From IMG/VR virus record IMGVR_UViG_3300025543_000030, positions 1 through 55,994 of that record: a DNA stretch of 55,994 nt, one strand, 5' to 3'. The position numbers and the translations under genes were made by a program. The stretch's first letter is position 1, and each line of letters starts with the position of its first letter. The notes under the pieces were generated by a model. That model searched no databases and was not told the DNA's origin. It saw only the letters and a list, made by a program, of their open reading frames with translations. The stretch comes from a virus. Its lineage: Duplodnaviria; Caudoviricetes. Shown in pieces: positions 34,678 to 45,636 of the stretch.

Positions 34678-36159
34678 ATGGGACAAATTACTCCTGTGTT
34701 TGGAAGTATAATACCTTCTCAACAACAATTAGCGCTACAAAACAATTATTTAGCGTTTAATACTGGTGGTGCAAACGACTTTGTACAACAGTACCTACCT
34801 GAAGTATATGAAGCTGAGGTAGAAAGATATGGAAACAGAACTTTAAATGGTTTCCTTAGAATGGTTGGCGCTGAAATGCCAATGACATCTGATCAAGTAA
34901 TTTGGTCAGAACAAAATAGATTACACGTTTCTTATAACAATGTAAATCAAACTGGTGGTGCAGGTGTTGCACAATTAGAATTTGCTTTAGGTGGTAACCC
35001 AGCTGTATCAAATGCTATTTTTCCAAATGATACAATCGTTGTAATGAACCCATCTACTGGTGTTACACTAAAAGGTGTGGTATCTACTAGTTTACCAGGT
35101 GGTATTGGACAAAGAGTTATTGCTTATCCATTTACTGCAGCTAACTGGGATGCTTTAGGAGTTGGAGCTACAAACCTTAAAATGTTTGTTTACGGTTCTA
35201 TCTTTGCTAAAGGATCTGTTGGACCTGTAGACAATGGTTTAGCCGCTGGTTCTTACAAATCTATTCAACCTTCATTTACTCAATATTCTAACAATCCTAT
35301 TATCATAAAAGATTCATTCCAAATTAATGGTTCTGATATGGCACAGATTGGATGGGTAGAAGTTGCTACAGAAGATGGTACATCAGGATACTTATGGTAT
35401 CTAAAGTCTGAGTCTGAAACAAGACTAAGATTTGATGACTACTTAGAAATGGCAATGGTTGAAGGTGAATTAGCTACTGGAGCTGGTGGACAAAGTTTTG
35501 CTGCTCAACAAGCTAACATCCAAGGATTTGGTGGTGGTATCAACGCTTATGGATCTGAAGGTCTTTTTGCTGCTATTCAATCAAGAGGTAACATACTATC
35601 TGGATTTTCTGGAGGTACTGGTATTTCTGATTTTGATCAAGTACTTAAAAACCTAGATACTCAAGGAGCTATCGAAGAAAACATGCTTTTCTTAAATAGA
35701 GGTCTTGATTTAGATTTTGATGATATGCTAGGGCAAATCTCTGCTGGACAATCTGGTGGTACTGCTTATGGTTTATTTGAAAACTCTGAAGATATGGCAC
35801 TTAATTTAGGTTTCTCTGGTTTTAGAAGAGGTTCTTATGACTTCTACAAAACTAGCTGGAAATACTTAAACGATGCTTCTACAAGAGGTGGAGTTGCAGT
35901 AAGTGGAATAGAAGGTGTATTAATACCTGCTGGAACATCAACTGTGTATGACCAACAATTAGGTACTAACATAAGAAGACCATTCTTACACGTTAGATAT
36001 AGAGCTTCTCAAACTGAAGACAGAAGATACAAAAACTGGATCACAGGATCTGCTGGTGGTGCTTACACTACTAACTTAGACGCGATGCAAGTTAACTGGT
36101 TATCTGAAAGATGTTTGGTTACTCAAGCTGCGAATAATTTCGTATTATTCCAACAATAA
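34678..36159 (+). CDS. major capsid protein
   Basis: 493 aa after the scaffold; strongly biased codons; IWSEQNRLH, GSEGLFAAI, LGFSGFRRG.YDF and SERCL...AANNF resemble crAss-like MCPs; followed by a terminator. Confidence 0.85.
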   Translation: MGQITPVFGSIIPSQQQLALQNNYLAFNTGGANDFVQQYLPEVYEAEVERYGNRTLNGFLRMVGAEMPMTSDQVIWSEQNRLHVSYNNVNQTGGAGVAQLEFALGGNPAVSNAIFPNDTIVVMNPSTGVTLKGVVSTSLPGGIGQRVIAYPFTAANWDALGVGATNLKMFVYGSIFAKGSVGPVDNGLAAGSYKSIQPSFTQYSNNPIIIKDSFQINGSDMAQIGWVEVATEDGTSGYLWYLKSESETRLRFDDYLEMAMVEGELATGAGGQSFAAQQANIQGFGGGINAYGSEGLFAAIQSRGNILSGFSGGTGISDFDQVLKNLDTQGAIEENMLFLNRGLDLDFDDMLGQISAGQSGGTAYGLFENSEDMALNLGFSGFRRGSYDFYKTSWKYLNDASTRGGVAVSGIEGVLIPAGTSTVYDQQLGTNIRRPFLHVRYRASQTEDRRYKNWITGSAGGAYTTNLDAMQVNWLSERCLVTQAANNFVLFQQ

Positions 36160-36166
36160 GATTGCG

Positions 36167-36211
36167 GTAGTACTTACCCTCGTTAAACTAACGGGGGTAA
36201 CTATTACTTTT
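36167..36211 (+). terminator. intrinsic terminator after the major capsid gene
   Basis: TTACCCTCGTTA-aac-TAACGGGGGTAA 12-bp stem, extendable by GTAGTA/TATTAC, then TTTT. Confidence 0.75.
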
Positions 36212-36233
36212 ATTAATTATATTATATTATATC

Positions 36234-36998
36234 ATGTCAAAAACTAAAGAAATACAAGCCCCTAAATGGGAGATGAAAGATAGAAGATACTATCTATTAA
36301 ACGAAAAAGAACCGTTAACATATACTTTAAATTCTAGAAACACTAGTAGACATCCATTATTATGGTTTGACGAAAAAACAGGGGAGCAAAAAGAATTAAG
36401 ATATGCAACAAATCAAAATTCACCGTTTGTTAGTGAACAAAAAGGTGAAGTAACGCTAGGACACATTGTATTTGAAGATGGAGTTTTAGCTGTTCCAAAA
36501 GAAAAACAAAATTTACAAAAACTACTTTCATTATATCATCCAAAGAAAAATACTATATATACCGAATGGGAAGCAGAAGTAGTAGCGGAAGATGAATTAG
36601 AAGATATTAACGTAGAATTAGACGCAATGCTTGCAGCAAAAGAAATGGATATAGACCATGCAGAAGCTGTATTAAGAGTTGAAATAGGATCAAAAGTTTC
36701 TTCGTTAAGTTCTAAAGAATTAAGAAGAGATTTATTACTTATGGCAAGAAAAAATCCAACTGCTTTTTTAGCTATAGCTAGTGATGAAAACGTAGGTTTA
36801 AGAAACGTAGGTATTAGAGCTGAAGAACAAGGCATAATTAAAATATCTCAAGATCAAAGAACTTTTCATTGGGGATCTAATGATAGAAAACTAATGACTA
36901 TACCTTTTGATGAAAACCCTTATTCTGCATTAGCAGCTTGGTTTAAAACTGATGAAGGTGTTGAAGTTTTTAAAACAATTCAGAAAAAGTTACAATAA
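36234..36998 (+). CDS. conserved hypothetical protein downstream of the capsid gene
   Basis: ORF track, 254 aa. Confidence 0.8.
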   Translation: MSKTKEIQAPKWEMKDRRYYLLNEKEPLTYTLNSRNTSRHPLLWFDEKTGEQKELRYATNQNSPFVSEQKGEVTLGHIVFEDGVLAVPKEKQNLQKLLSLYHPKKNTIYTEWEAEVVAEDELEDINVELDAMLAAKEMDIDHAEAVLRVEIGSKVSSLSSKELRRDLLLMARKNPTAFLAIASDENVGLRNVGIRAEEQGIIKISQDQRTFHWGSNDRKLMTIPFDENPYSALAAWFKTDEGVEVFKTIQKKLQ

Positions 36999-37013
36999 TA
37001 TGTAACTATAATA

Positions 37014-37050
37014 TAGTGAAGGGTCACTTAAAATGTGGCCCTAATCACTA
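37014..37050 (+). terminator. hairpin (terminator or processing site)
   Basis: TAGTGA-AGGGTCAC-ttaaaat-GTGGCCCT-aa-TCACTA; weak U tract. Confidence 0.5.
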
Positions 37051-37067
37051 TTAACTAAAATATTAAA

Positions 37068-38012
37068 ATGGCAATAAACGTAAATACTGTATATCAAACC
37101 GTTTTATTAATACTAAACAAAGAACAGAGAGGTTATATGACACCTGTTGAGTTTAATAAAACAGGTGCTCAAGCTCAACTGGAAATATTTGAAACATATT
37201 TCGATAGTTTAAATCAGCAGATACGTATTCCACAAACAGATACAGATTACGCAGATAGAGTGGCTAATCTTGATGAAAAAATCTCTATATTTAAAGAATT
37301 TGGAAACGCTACATCAATATCTTCAAGTAACGTTTTTAATTTACCACAACAATTTTCCGGTTCAGGATCTATAGCAACAACAACTTTACCAGCCGCAACA
37401 GCGGCAGCAACCACAGCTTATGTTATACAAACAGCTACAGCTGATCAAGTTGCTAATGGAGTTGTAGAGATATTTGCTAATGGTATATTGCTTTCTGAAG
37501 CTTCTTATGATATATCTGGTACAACAATAAATTTCTTTTCACAACCAACAGCTGGTCAAACGTTAATAGTCAATGTTTATCCAAAAGAGTTTTATAGATT
37601 AGGTGACTTGTTCTATCAAACAGGTGCTTTACCAACTCAAGAACTAGAAAGAGTAGGAACTAAAGATCTTTTCCATTTGTTAAGTTCTAAACTTACAGCA
37701 CCAACTACAACTTACCCTATATACACTTACAAAGATAATAAAATAACTGTATACCCTAGTTCTATAACCAATGGTGTTACAGTATCTTATATAAGAAAAC
37801 CAATTGCTCCTATATGGAATTTTACAACTGGTTTAAATAATCAATATATATTTAATGCTTCTACTTCATTTAATTTTGAATTACATCCAGCTGAACAAAT
37901 TGAATTAATATTAAAAATATTACTATATGCAGGTGTTGTAATTAGAAGCCCAGAAATAGTACAAGTAGCAGCTCAACAAGTTGCACAAGAAAATATTAAT
38001 CAACAAAGATAA
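37068..38012 (+). CDS. head-tail ring/adaptor protein
   Basis: LNKEQRGYMTP.EFN..AQLEIF, YIRKP, FELH; position after the head genes. Confidence 0.65.
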   Translation: MAINVNTVYQTVLLILNKEQRGYMTPVEFNKTGAQAQLEIFETYFDSLNQQIRIPQTDTDYADRVANLDEKISIFKEFGNATSISSSNVFNLPQQFSGSGSIATTTLPAATAAATTAYVIQTATADQVANGVVEIFANGILLSEASYDISGTTINFFSQPTAGQTLIVNVYPKEFYRLGDLFYQTGALPTQELERVGTKDLFHLLSSKLTAPTTTYPIYTYKDNKITVYPSSITNGVTVSYIRKPIAPIWNFTTGLNNQYIFNASTSFNFELHPAEQIELILKILLYAGVVIRSPEIVQVAAQQVAQENINQQR

Positions 38013-38018
38013 TAAATT

Positions 38019-39452
38019 ATGCCAACACCTAATGGAGGTTTAATAACCGAAACTAATAGACAATATTACGCTGGAGCTCAGCAGTTTACATCTAATGGTA
38101 CAGCTAATCAAACATTTACAAGTACATTTAACACTGATTTAGTTGTTGGTTTAGGTAATTATTCTGATCCTGGAACCAATGGATATAATTTAAATAATTT
38201 TAAAATTTTTACTAGCCCTGATGCAAATGTTTGGACTGAGTTAACGCCTAAAAATACTGATTTTGACGCTACACTTAATTCTCCTGCGGCAGGAAGTCAA
38301 AACGATGTAGACGTTATTGCAGATCCTAACATTGTTGGTGGTAATATTTTTTCTTTAGTAAATAAAACAACTGGTTTTGTTTATGGAACAATTGTTACAT
38401 CTGTAAACAATGGTGGTTTTGATACATTAACTTTAAATCAAGCTTTGCCAGCTGCTGGTATTGTAGCTGGAACCTTACTTAGTATTAGAAGAAATGTAAC
38501 TTGGACAATGTCTAGTCCTGGTGTTATTACAGTGCCTCAAGCTTTAACTGTAAACACTTATTTAAAAATACAATTAAACGACAATACTATAGATAATGTT
38601 CATGGAGATTATGAATATACTAGACTAGATGATGTTATTAATAATTTTTTAATTGCTTATGTTGGTGCTGGTAAACTTATAACAAGTGTAAAAAGAACAG
38701 ATGTTATATTTCACGCTAGACGTGGTTTACAAGAATTTAGTTACGATACTCTTAAAAGTATAAAATCTTCTGAATTAACAGTTCCTTCTAGTTTAAGTTT
38801 AACTATACCACAAGATTACGTTAACTATGTTAAATTATCTTGGACAGATGAATTAGGTGTCTTACACACTATATATCCTACAAATAATTTGAATCAAAGC
38901 CCTTATTATACGTTTAGTCAAGATGACGAAGGTAATCCTATACAAGATAGTAATGATGCAAATACTGAAGTAACTTCTAAAGCAAATGCAGCGTGGAATA
39001 AAACAGATCCTAGATATATAAGTGGAGGTTTTAGAAATGATTTAGATAATGCTAATGTATTAGATAGAAATTATACAGACGGAGCTTTAGGTCAAAGATA
39101 TGGTTTAGAGCCACAAACAAGTCAAAAAAATGGTTGGTTTAAAATTGATGAAAGAAAAGGTACGTTTAATTTTACCAGTAATCTAGCTAATAAATTAATA
39201 TTATTACAGTATATTTCAGATGGTAATGCCTATGATCTTGACGCTAGAATACCTAAACTTGCTGAAGAAGCTTTATATGCTTATATATTGCACGCTATAT
39301 TATCTGTATCCTCTAACGTTCAAGAGTATATAGTAAGAAGATTTAAACAAGAAAAAAGTGCTAAATTAAGAAATGCAAAAATTAGATTATCTAATCTTAA
39401 ACTTGATCAAATTATTCAAGTTATGAGAGGTAAATCTAAATGGATTAAATAA
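38019..39452 (+). CDS. tail ring/structural protein
   Basis: RRGLQEFSYD, IPQDYVNYVKLS, LQYISDG; position in the tail module. Confidence 0.65.
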   Translation: MPTPNGGLITETNRQYYAGAQQFTSNGTANQTFTSTFNTDLVVGLGNYSDPGTNGYNLNNFKIFTSPDANVWTELTPKNTDFDATLNSPAAGSQNDVDVIADPNIVGGNIFSLVNKTTGFVYGTIVTSVNNGGFDTLTLNQALPAAGIVAGTLLSIRRNVTWTMSSPGVITVPQALTVNTYLKIQLNDNTIDNVHGDYEYTRLDDVINNFLIAYVGAGKLITSVKRTDVIFHARRGLQEFSYDTLKSIKSSELTVPSSLSLTIPQDYVNYVKLSWTDELGVLHTIYPTNNLNQSPYYTFSQDDEGNPIQDSNDANTEVTSKANAAWNKTDPRYISGGFRNDLDNANVLDRNYTDGALGQRYGLEPQTSQKNGWFKIDERKGTFNFTSNLANKLILLQYISDGNAYDLDARIPKLAEEALYAYILHAILSVSSNVQEYIVRRFKQEKSAKLRNAKIRLSNLKLDQIIQVMRGKSKWIK

Positions 39453-39458
39453 TAATAC

Positions 39459-42400
39459 ATGGCAGAAATTAAAAATAGTTTTCTAAGGTCCAAGATGAAT
39501 AAAGACTTGGATGATAGATTAATACCTAACGGTGAATACAGAGATGCGCAGAATATATCTGTAGGAAAGTCAGAAGCTGATGATATAGGTGCTTTAGAAA
39601 CTGTTTTAGGTAATACTTTAGTTACTAATTTTGGTTTAAGTGGTGTAGAAACAATTGGTTATAAAACAATAGAAAACACAAATCAAATTATTGTTTTTTT
39701 AACTGATAACACTAATCACTATATATATAGTTACATACCTAATACAACTCCTGTTCTTTTAGTAACAGGTTCTTTTTTAAATTTTTCTACTAATAGCCCT
39801 ATAACTGGTATAAGTGTTATAGAAAATTTATTATTTTGGACAGATAACAGAAATCAACCAAGAAAAATAAATTTAAATTCAACTAACAATGGTGCGTACT
39901 ACACTAAAGAGAATCATATATCTGTAGCTAAATATAATCCTTATCAACCTATAGGTCTTTTAAGTAAAACTTCTAAAATCACATCTGGTTTAGTTGGTGA
40001 CATATTAACTGTTCCAAACACTACTGGCATAGTAAAAGGAATGTCTGTGGTAGATTATTCTAACAATACTTTAGGCCCTGAAGATTATGTTTATGTTTTA
40101 GATATACCTTCTTCAACAACAATACAATTAAAAATTCCTATAGGTCACACTATCACTGGTGTAACAAGTGGAGACACTATATATTTTCTTCAAACAACAA
40201 TGACAGGTGAGTCTATTACTTTTGATTTTAATCAAGGTAATACTTGGCCTGGTGATCCTGATTATTTAGAAAGTAAACTTGTAAGATTAAGTTATAGGTT
40301 TAAATTTGATGACGGTGAATATTCTTTAATGGCTCCTTTTACTCAAATTGCTTTTATACCTAAACAAAAAGGTTATTTTTTAGGAAGTGGAGAAAGTACT
40401 CCTGGCGCAGGTGATCAAACGACTGAAGATGAAAACAGTGCGTATAGAAGCACTATTGTAGAATTTATGGAAAACGGAGTTCAAAATATTAAATTATTAA
40501 TTCCTTTTCCTGATACATTAAATAAAATTCAACCTTCTTCAGAAGCATCTTATAAAATAAGATCAATTGATATACTTTATAAAGAATCTGATGGTTTAGC
40601 TGTAAAAGTTATTGATACAATAGATTATAACGAGCCTTTTAATGAAACTAATGGAGATGCTTGGACAGCAACAACCGATACTAATATTTTAACATATAAT
40701 TATCAGTCTAGAAAGCCGTTTAGAACACTTCCCACCGCACAAACTACAAGAGTTTATGACAAAGTACCTGTTAAAGCTTTAGCTCAAGAAACAGCAGGTA
40801 ATAGAATTATATATGGTAATTTTTTAGATAAATATACTTCTCCTAGGTTTTTAGAATATATAATTGGTGTTGGGCCAAAATCATTAGCTAAAAATTACGA
40901 CAACTGGGCAGAGTATCCAAATCATACCGTAAAACAAAATAGAAATTATCAAGTAGGTTTTGTTTTAGTTGATAAATTCGGTAGACAATCAGATGTTATT
41001 TTATCTGGAGTAAAAACTCAAGCAACAGTAGCTGTTGATGGTACAGTATATGGTGGTGACACTATTTACAACCCTTATAATTCTAGCGTAAGTGATTTAA
41101 AAAATTGGTTTGGAGATGCATTAAAAATAGATATAAGTTCACCAATAACTGTTGCAAAAGATGATACTGTTGGAACTCCTGGTTTATATGCTAATCCTGG
41201 AACTGGTTATAATACATATAATGCTACACCTGGAAACCAACCTGTTATAAACGGTAATACATACACATTTACGTTAGGTTCTGGTCAAACACAAGTGCCA
41301 ACTATTGGTTCTTTTTTAGAGGGTGAGTTTACGGATTATGTTAAAGTTGCAAACGTTACAAATGTAAACAATGATTACACTATAACAACAATCGGTCAAG
41401 TAAGTTCTATATATTTGCAACAATCACCATCTGATCCTGATGTAAAATATAAATACACTATTAATCCTACTGGTTGGTATTCATATAAAGTTGTTGTTAA
41501 ACAACAAGAACAAGATTATTACAATTGTTATTTGCCTGGTTTTTTAAATGGTTATCCTGAGTTTCAATCAGGTGCGACACCTTTTCCAACTGGTGAAGAT
41601 AATAAAACGGCACATACGGTTTTAATAAATGACAACATAAATAAAATACCTAGAGATTTGTCTGAAGTTGGACCTCAGCAAAAACAATTTAGAAGTTCAG
41701 TTCAACTATTTGGTAGAGTTGAAAACACTTTAATAGTTAGTTCTCCACCTACAGTTAATGATCCTAAAAATAATAGACAGTTTTTTCCAGGTGTAAACAC
41801 TGATACGGCTATTACTATAGGTACAGCCACTGATTTAAACATGAGCTACTCTGATTTAAAAGAGCCTCAAGGTCATAATAACTTTTATCAATTAGATACA
41901 GATCCTCTTATAGCTAGAATTAGTACATCTCAACCTATTGGTCTAATACATACTAATAATGATAATACGAACATGTATTATAATTTATCTATTTATGAAA
42001 CCGAGCCTCAGGATTCTTTATTAGATATATTTTGGGAAACGCCAACGGTAGGTTTAATATCAACATTAAATGACGCTATTCTTTCTGAATATGAAGGCGC
42101 TGTTGGTTGGTCAACTTATAGTTCTAGCGGTTTCACAGAAAGCATGAGTGGTGATTTTATAACAGGATTATCACCAGTTGATCAATCTGGTAACAATCTT
42201 TTTAATACATCTGCTTCAGCAATAACTGTTCTTGACGGGGCTGATAATGATGTTTCAGGTCAATTCAGTATCACAAGAACTGGGGCTGGAACTTTAGGTG
42301 ATCCGTATTTATATAATTTTGGAAAAATTGGTGATGATTTTGTTTACAATTATAACCCAAACCCAAGATCTTACACTATATCAGCGGTAATAACAAACAA

Positions 42401-43094
42401 TGAACCTGTTAGTCCTGTTACAAACCCAACACCTTTACAATTAAACGTTTTTTTACAAAACACTCAGCCAATTATAAACAGCGGTAATCCTTTACCAGCT
42501 GTAAACGATGTTAATCAAAATTTTGAAGGAACTATAGTTACAATAACCGGTGAAAACGGTGCGGCTAGTTCTAGTAGAAAATCAGAGCAATTAAAATGGA
42601 GTATTTCAAACGTCAGTCCTTCGTTATACGCTGGAGTTTTTTCTATAAATGAAACAACAGGGGTTATAACTAAAACAGGCACAGGAACAAACCCTGGCAC
42701 ATGTACATTAACTGTAAAATTAGAAGATGCTTATAATGGTTCTGCTTTATCTAGTGGTTCTTTAAGTCAAACTGCAACACAAGAAATTGGTATTGTTTCA
42801 GCTGTTATAGGTTATGCATTTTATGCATCACCTCCTGGTGTGTTTAATGCATCTTGTAATATTGATGGTTCACAAAATAATGCTTGTGGCTCTAATTTAT
42901 ACTACAATACTACAACAAACAGTGCTACGCCACAAGTTAATGATATTATAAGACAAGGACCAAATGGAACTAGTTCACCGTTTGCTGATGCAGGATATTA
43001 CTCTTATAATTGCGCAGAAACTGGTTTAAACAATAGAAGAGTATTTTTTATTCAAGGAAATGATGGTAAAGTTACACAAGTAATTACATGTTAA
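39459..43094 (+). CDS. tail stabilisation/nozzle protein (P22 gp10-like), N-terminal part
   Basis: KMNKDLDDRLIPNGEYRDAQNI, LLFWTDNRNQPRKIN, GNRIIYGN, VKQNRNYQVG. Confidence 0.75.
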   Translation: MAEIKNSFLRSKMNKDLDDRLIPNGEYRDAQNISVGKSEADDIGALETVLGNTLVTNFGLSGVETIGYKTIENTNQIIVFLTDNTNHYIYSYIPNTTPVLLVTGSFLNFSTNSPITGISVIENLLFWTDNRNQPRKINLNSTNNGAYYTKENHISVAKYNPYQPIGLLSKTSKITSGLVGDILTVPNTTGIVKGMSVVDYSNNTLGPEDYVYVLDIPSSTTIQLKIPIGHTITGVTSGDTIYFLQTTMTGESITFDFNQGNTWPGDPDYLESKLVRLSYRFKFDDGEYSLMAPFTQIAFIPKQKGYFLGSGESTPGAGDQTTEDENSAYRSTIVEFMENGVQNIKLLIPFPDTLNKIQPSSEASYKIRSIDILYKESDGLAVKVIDTIDYNEPFNETNGDAWTATTDTNILTYNYQSRKPFRTLPTAQTTRVYDKVPVKALAQETAGNRIIYGNFLDKYTSPRFLEYIIGVGPKSLAKNYDNWAEYPNHTVKQNRNYQVGFVLVDKFGRQSDVILSGVKTQATVAVDGTVYGGDTIYNPYNSSVSDLKNWFGDALKIDISSPITVAKDDTVGTPGLYANPGTGYNTYNATPGNQPVINGNTYTFTLGSGQTQVPTIGSFLEGEFTDYVKVANVTNVNNDYTITTIGQVSSIYLQQSPSDPDVKYKYTINPTGWYSYKVVVKQQEQDYYNCYLPGFLNGYPEFQSGATPFPTGEDNKTAHTVLINDNINKIPRDLSEVGPQQKQFRSSVQLFGRVENTLIVSSPPTVNDPKNNRQFFPGVNTDTAITIGTATDLNMSYSDLKEPQGHNNFYQLDTDPLIARISTSQPIGLIHTNNDNTNMYYNLSIYETEPQDSLLDIFWETPTVGLISTLNDAILSEYEGAVGWSTYSSSGFTESMSGDFITGLSPVDQSGNNLFNTSASAITVLDGADNDVSGQFSITRTGAGTLGDPYLYNFGKIGDDFVYNYNPNPRSYTISAVITNNEPVSPVTNPTPLQLNVFLQNTQPIINSGNPLPAVNDVNQNFEGTIVTITGENGAASSSRKSEQLKWSISNVSPSLYAGVFSINETTGVITKTGTGTNPGTCTLTVKLEDAYNGSALSSGSLSQTATQEIGIVSAVIGYAFYASPPGVFNASCNIDGSQNNACGSNLYYNTTTNSATPQVNDIIRQGPNGTSSPFADAGYYSYNCAETGLNNRRVFFIQGNDGKVTQVITC

Positions 43095-43113
43095 AATAAG
43101 TGATAATAAAATT

Positions 43114-44457
43114 ATGGCAATAATAGAAATAAAATACTTTAATTCTTTTTTACTTAAAAAAATTAAGACTATTGTAGATGCTGCTACAAAACCTGCAGCG
43201 CCATACGCTAACGTGCCTGGTGACTATGCGGCTGTTGCGGCAAATGATTGGTATATAGAAGAGGCTAGAATACGTGGAGGTTACAATAACACAACTGTTG
43301 ATTTTGGTGTTAAAGCTTATTTAGATGAAGAAAATACTGATCAACAAAATAGATTTAATACTTTAATTTATTCTGGTATTTTTAATTCTAGAACTGGAGT
43401 TAATGATACTAATCAATTTTCTGTAGGTCAAGACATAACTAGATCTGCCGATCCAGCAAACGGTTCTATACAAAAGCTTTATGCAGAAGATACTAACTTA
43501 ATTATATTTCAAGAAGATAAAGTTAGTAGAGCTTTAATAGATAAAGATGCTATATATTCAGCAGAGGGTGGCGGTAGTGTAACCTCTAGCAATTTAGTAA
43601 TAGGACAAATAGTAGCTTATGCGGGTGAATACGGTATTGCTACAGATCCTTTTAGTTTTGCTGTATATGGTTATAGAAAATATTTTACAGATAGAAAAAA
43701 AGGATGTGTATTAAGGTTGTCTGCTGATGGTATTACAGAAATATCATCTTATGGTATGCATGACTTTTTTAGAGATGAATTAGCCGGTGTAAACAATAAC
43801 ACTGGTAACGCTGAACCAGTGCAGCAAATAAGAGCTGGATGGGATATTCACACTAAAAATTATGTTTTATCTATTCAAAAAACAAACGGTTCTTATAAAA
43901 CAGTTTCATTTGATGAAGGTGTTTTAGGTTGGACAAGCTTTTTTGATTATAAACCTGATTTTTTAGTTAGTTTGCAAAATAATTTTTATAGTTTAAAAAA
44001 TGGACAGCTTTGGCTACACAATGCTGGTAATTATGGTAGTTTTTATGGAACTACTTATGACTCAAACGTAACAGTTATTTTAAATAAAGAACCATCATTA
44101 GTTAAAAACTTTAAAACAATTAACTATGAAGGAGGCGATGGTTGGCAGCTAGAAAGCATGGTAACTAGCTCTGGTGATATTTCTGTTCCAGTTGGTGCAT
44201 ATACATTGCAAACAACATTAAGCTCCTTAGAATCAAATTTATTTGTAAATAATTTTAAAAGAAAAGAAAATAAGTTTTTTGCAAATTTAATAAATAATTC
44301 ACCTGCAACTGGAGGTGAAATACTTTGGGGAGCTTCATCTACGGGTTTAAAAGGTTTCTTTACAGAGGCTAAAATAAAACTTGTTAATAGTGACTACCCA
44401 ACAACTAAAAAAGAATTATTTGCAGTATCATCTGATATTGTAGAATCATCATATTAA
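43114..44457 (+). CDS. tail stabilisation/nozzle-related beta-propeller protein
   Basis: GSIQKL, YAGEYGI...P.SFA.YG...YFTD, GITEIS.YGM, GWTSF, KNFKTINYEG. Confidence 0.7.
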   Translation: MAIIEIKYFNSFLLKKIKTIVDAATKPAAPYANVPGDYAAVAANDWYIEEARIRGGYNNTTVDFGVKAYLDEENTDQQNRFNTLIYSGIFNSRTGVNDTNQFSVGQDITRSADPANGSIQKLYAEDTNLIIFQEDKVSRALIDKDAIYSAEGGGSVTSSNLVIGQIVAYAGEYGIATDPFSFAVYGYRKYFTDRKKGCVLRLSADGITEISSYGMHDFFRDELAGVNNNTGNAEPVQQIRAGWDIHTKNYVLSIQKTNGSYKTVSFDEGVLGWTSFFDYKPDFLVSLQNNFYSLKNGQLWLHNAGNYGSFYGTTYDSNVTVILNKEPSLVKNFKTINYEGGDGWQLESMVTSSGDISVPVGAYTLQTTLSSLESNLFVNNFKRKENKFFANLINNSPATGGEILWGASSTGLKGFFTEAKIKLVNSDYPTTKKELFAVSSDIVESSY

Positions 44458-44462
44458 ATTAA

Positions 44463-44870
44463 ATGGAATTAAACATACGTATGCTAAAAGATTCTGATTG
44501 GGATACTTTAGTAGAATGGTGGGATGCTTGGCCAAACTGGGTTAATCCACCTAAAGAATTTTTACCAAATAATGGTACAGGAGGGTTTATGGTTGAAAAA
44601 AATAGTCAACCAATAGTTGCAGGGTTTTTATATACTACAAACTCTAGAGCAGCTTTACTTGAGTGGATTGTTTCTAATCCTAAATATAGAGAAGACGATA
44701 GGCAGAAAGCTATAGAGCTTTTAATAGAGGGTGCTGAAAGCGTTTGTAAAAAACAAGGTATAAGATATATATTTAGCATAGGAAGAACTAAAAAACTTAT
44801 AAATACACACAAAAAATTAGGTTATCATGTAGATGATAATCCTTCATATGAAATAACAAAAAAATTATAA
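44463..44870 (+). CDS. GNAT-fold acetyltransferase-like protein
   Basis: 135 aa; IVAGFLY, EWIVSNPKYR, LIEGAESVCKKQG and HKKLGY match the GNAT motif A/B layout. Confidence 0.65.
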   Translation: MELNIRMLKDSDWDTLVEWWDAWPNWVNPPKEFLPNNGTGGFMVEKNSQPIVAGFLYTTNSRAALLEWIVSNPKYREDDRQKAIELLIEGAESVCKKQGIRYIFSIGRTKKLINTHKKLGYHVDDNPSYEITKKL

Positions 44871-44871
44871 T

Positions 44872-45609
44872 ATGGCAGCATTTACAGCAATAGCCGCTGG
44901 TGTTAGTGCAGCAGCAGCAGTAGGAGGAACAATAGCTGGTGTTTCAGGCGCTAACAAACAACGAAAAGCCGCGGAAAGAGATAAAGCGAGAGCGCAGAGA
45001 GAAGTTGAGTCTTTAATAAGATCTAGAGAGACGGTTATAAACCCTTATGCTGGCACTACAGATTTAAGTTCTATGGCTAAGGATTTGTCAGGACAAATGT
45101 CTAATCCTTTTGCTAGTTTAGGCGTTGCTACGCAAGCCGCTGAAATTAAAATTGAAGAAGCTGATATAGCGTTAGCAAATACTTTAGATACATTGAGAGC
45201 CACAGGCGCTAGTGCTGGCGGTGCAACCGCTTTAGCACAGGCCGCGTTGCAAAGTAAAAAAGGTGTTGCTGCGAGTATAGAACAGCAAGAGGCTCAAAAT
45301 GAAAAACTAAGAGCTCAAGGCGAACAGCAGTTGAATCAAATGAAAATTTCTGAACAACAAAGATTACAAAGTATAGCTATATCTGAAGGTCAAAGAGTCC
45401 AAGCTGCTGATGCTGCGGGTAAACAGTTTGTGTTTAATACTGAAGAAAATAGATTAAATGCTGATTTAGATAGAGCTTCTGGTTTACAGACTCAAGCTCA
45501 ACAAAGTATTGCAGATGCTAATGCTGCAAAATCTTCTGCTATTGCTGGTGGAATAAGTGCTGTAGGATCTATTGGAGCTGCATTTGCAACCGCGCCGGGA
45601 AAGCCGTAG
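44872..45609 (+). CDS. Ala/Gln-rich putative internal virion (ejection) protein
   Basis: Ala/Gly-rich hydrophobic N- and C-termini around coiled coils; precedes the large internal proteins. Confidence 0.65.
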   Translation: MAAFTAIAAGVSAAAAVGGTIAGVSGANKQRKAAERDKARAQREVESLIRSRETVINPYAGTTDLSSMAKDLSGQMSNPFASLGVATQAAEIKIEEADIALANTLDTLRATGASAGGATALAQAALQSKKGVAASIEQQEAQNEKLRAQGEQQLNQMKISEQQRLQSIAISEGQRVQAADAAGKQFVFNTEENRLNADLDRASGLQTQAQQSIADANAAKSSAIAGGISAVGSIGAAFATAPGKP

Positions 45610-45636
45610 GGAGTGGTCCCTCTAATACCTCCGCTT
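45597..45636 (+). other. putative -1 programmed ribosomal frameshift signal
   Basis: In-frame G GGA AAG heptamer just before CCG TAG; predicted downstream pseudoknot AGGG/CCCU + AGUGG/CCGCU; the -1 frame is open to TAA at 45702-45704. Confidence 0.65.
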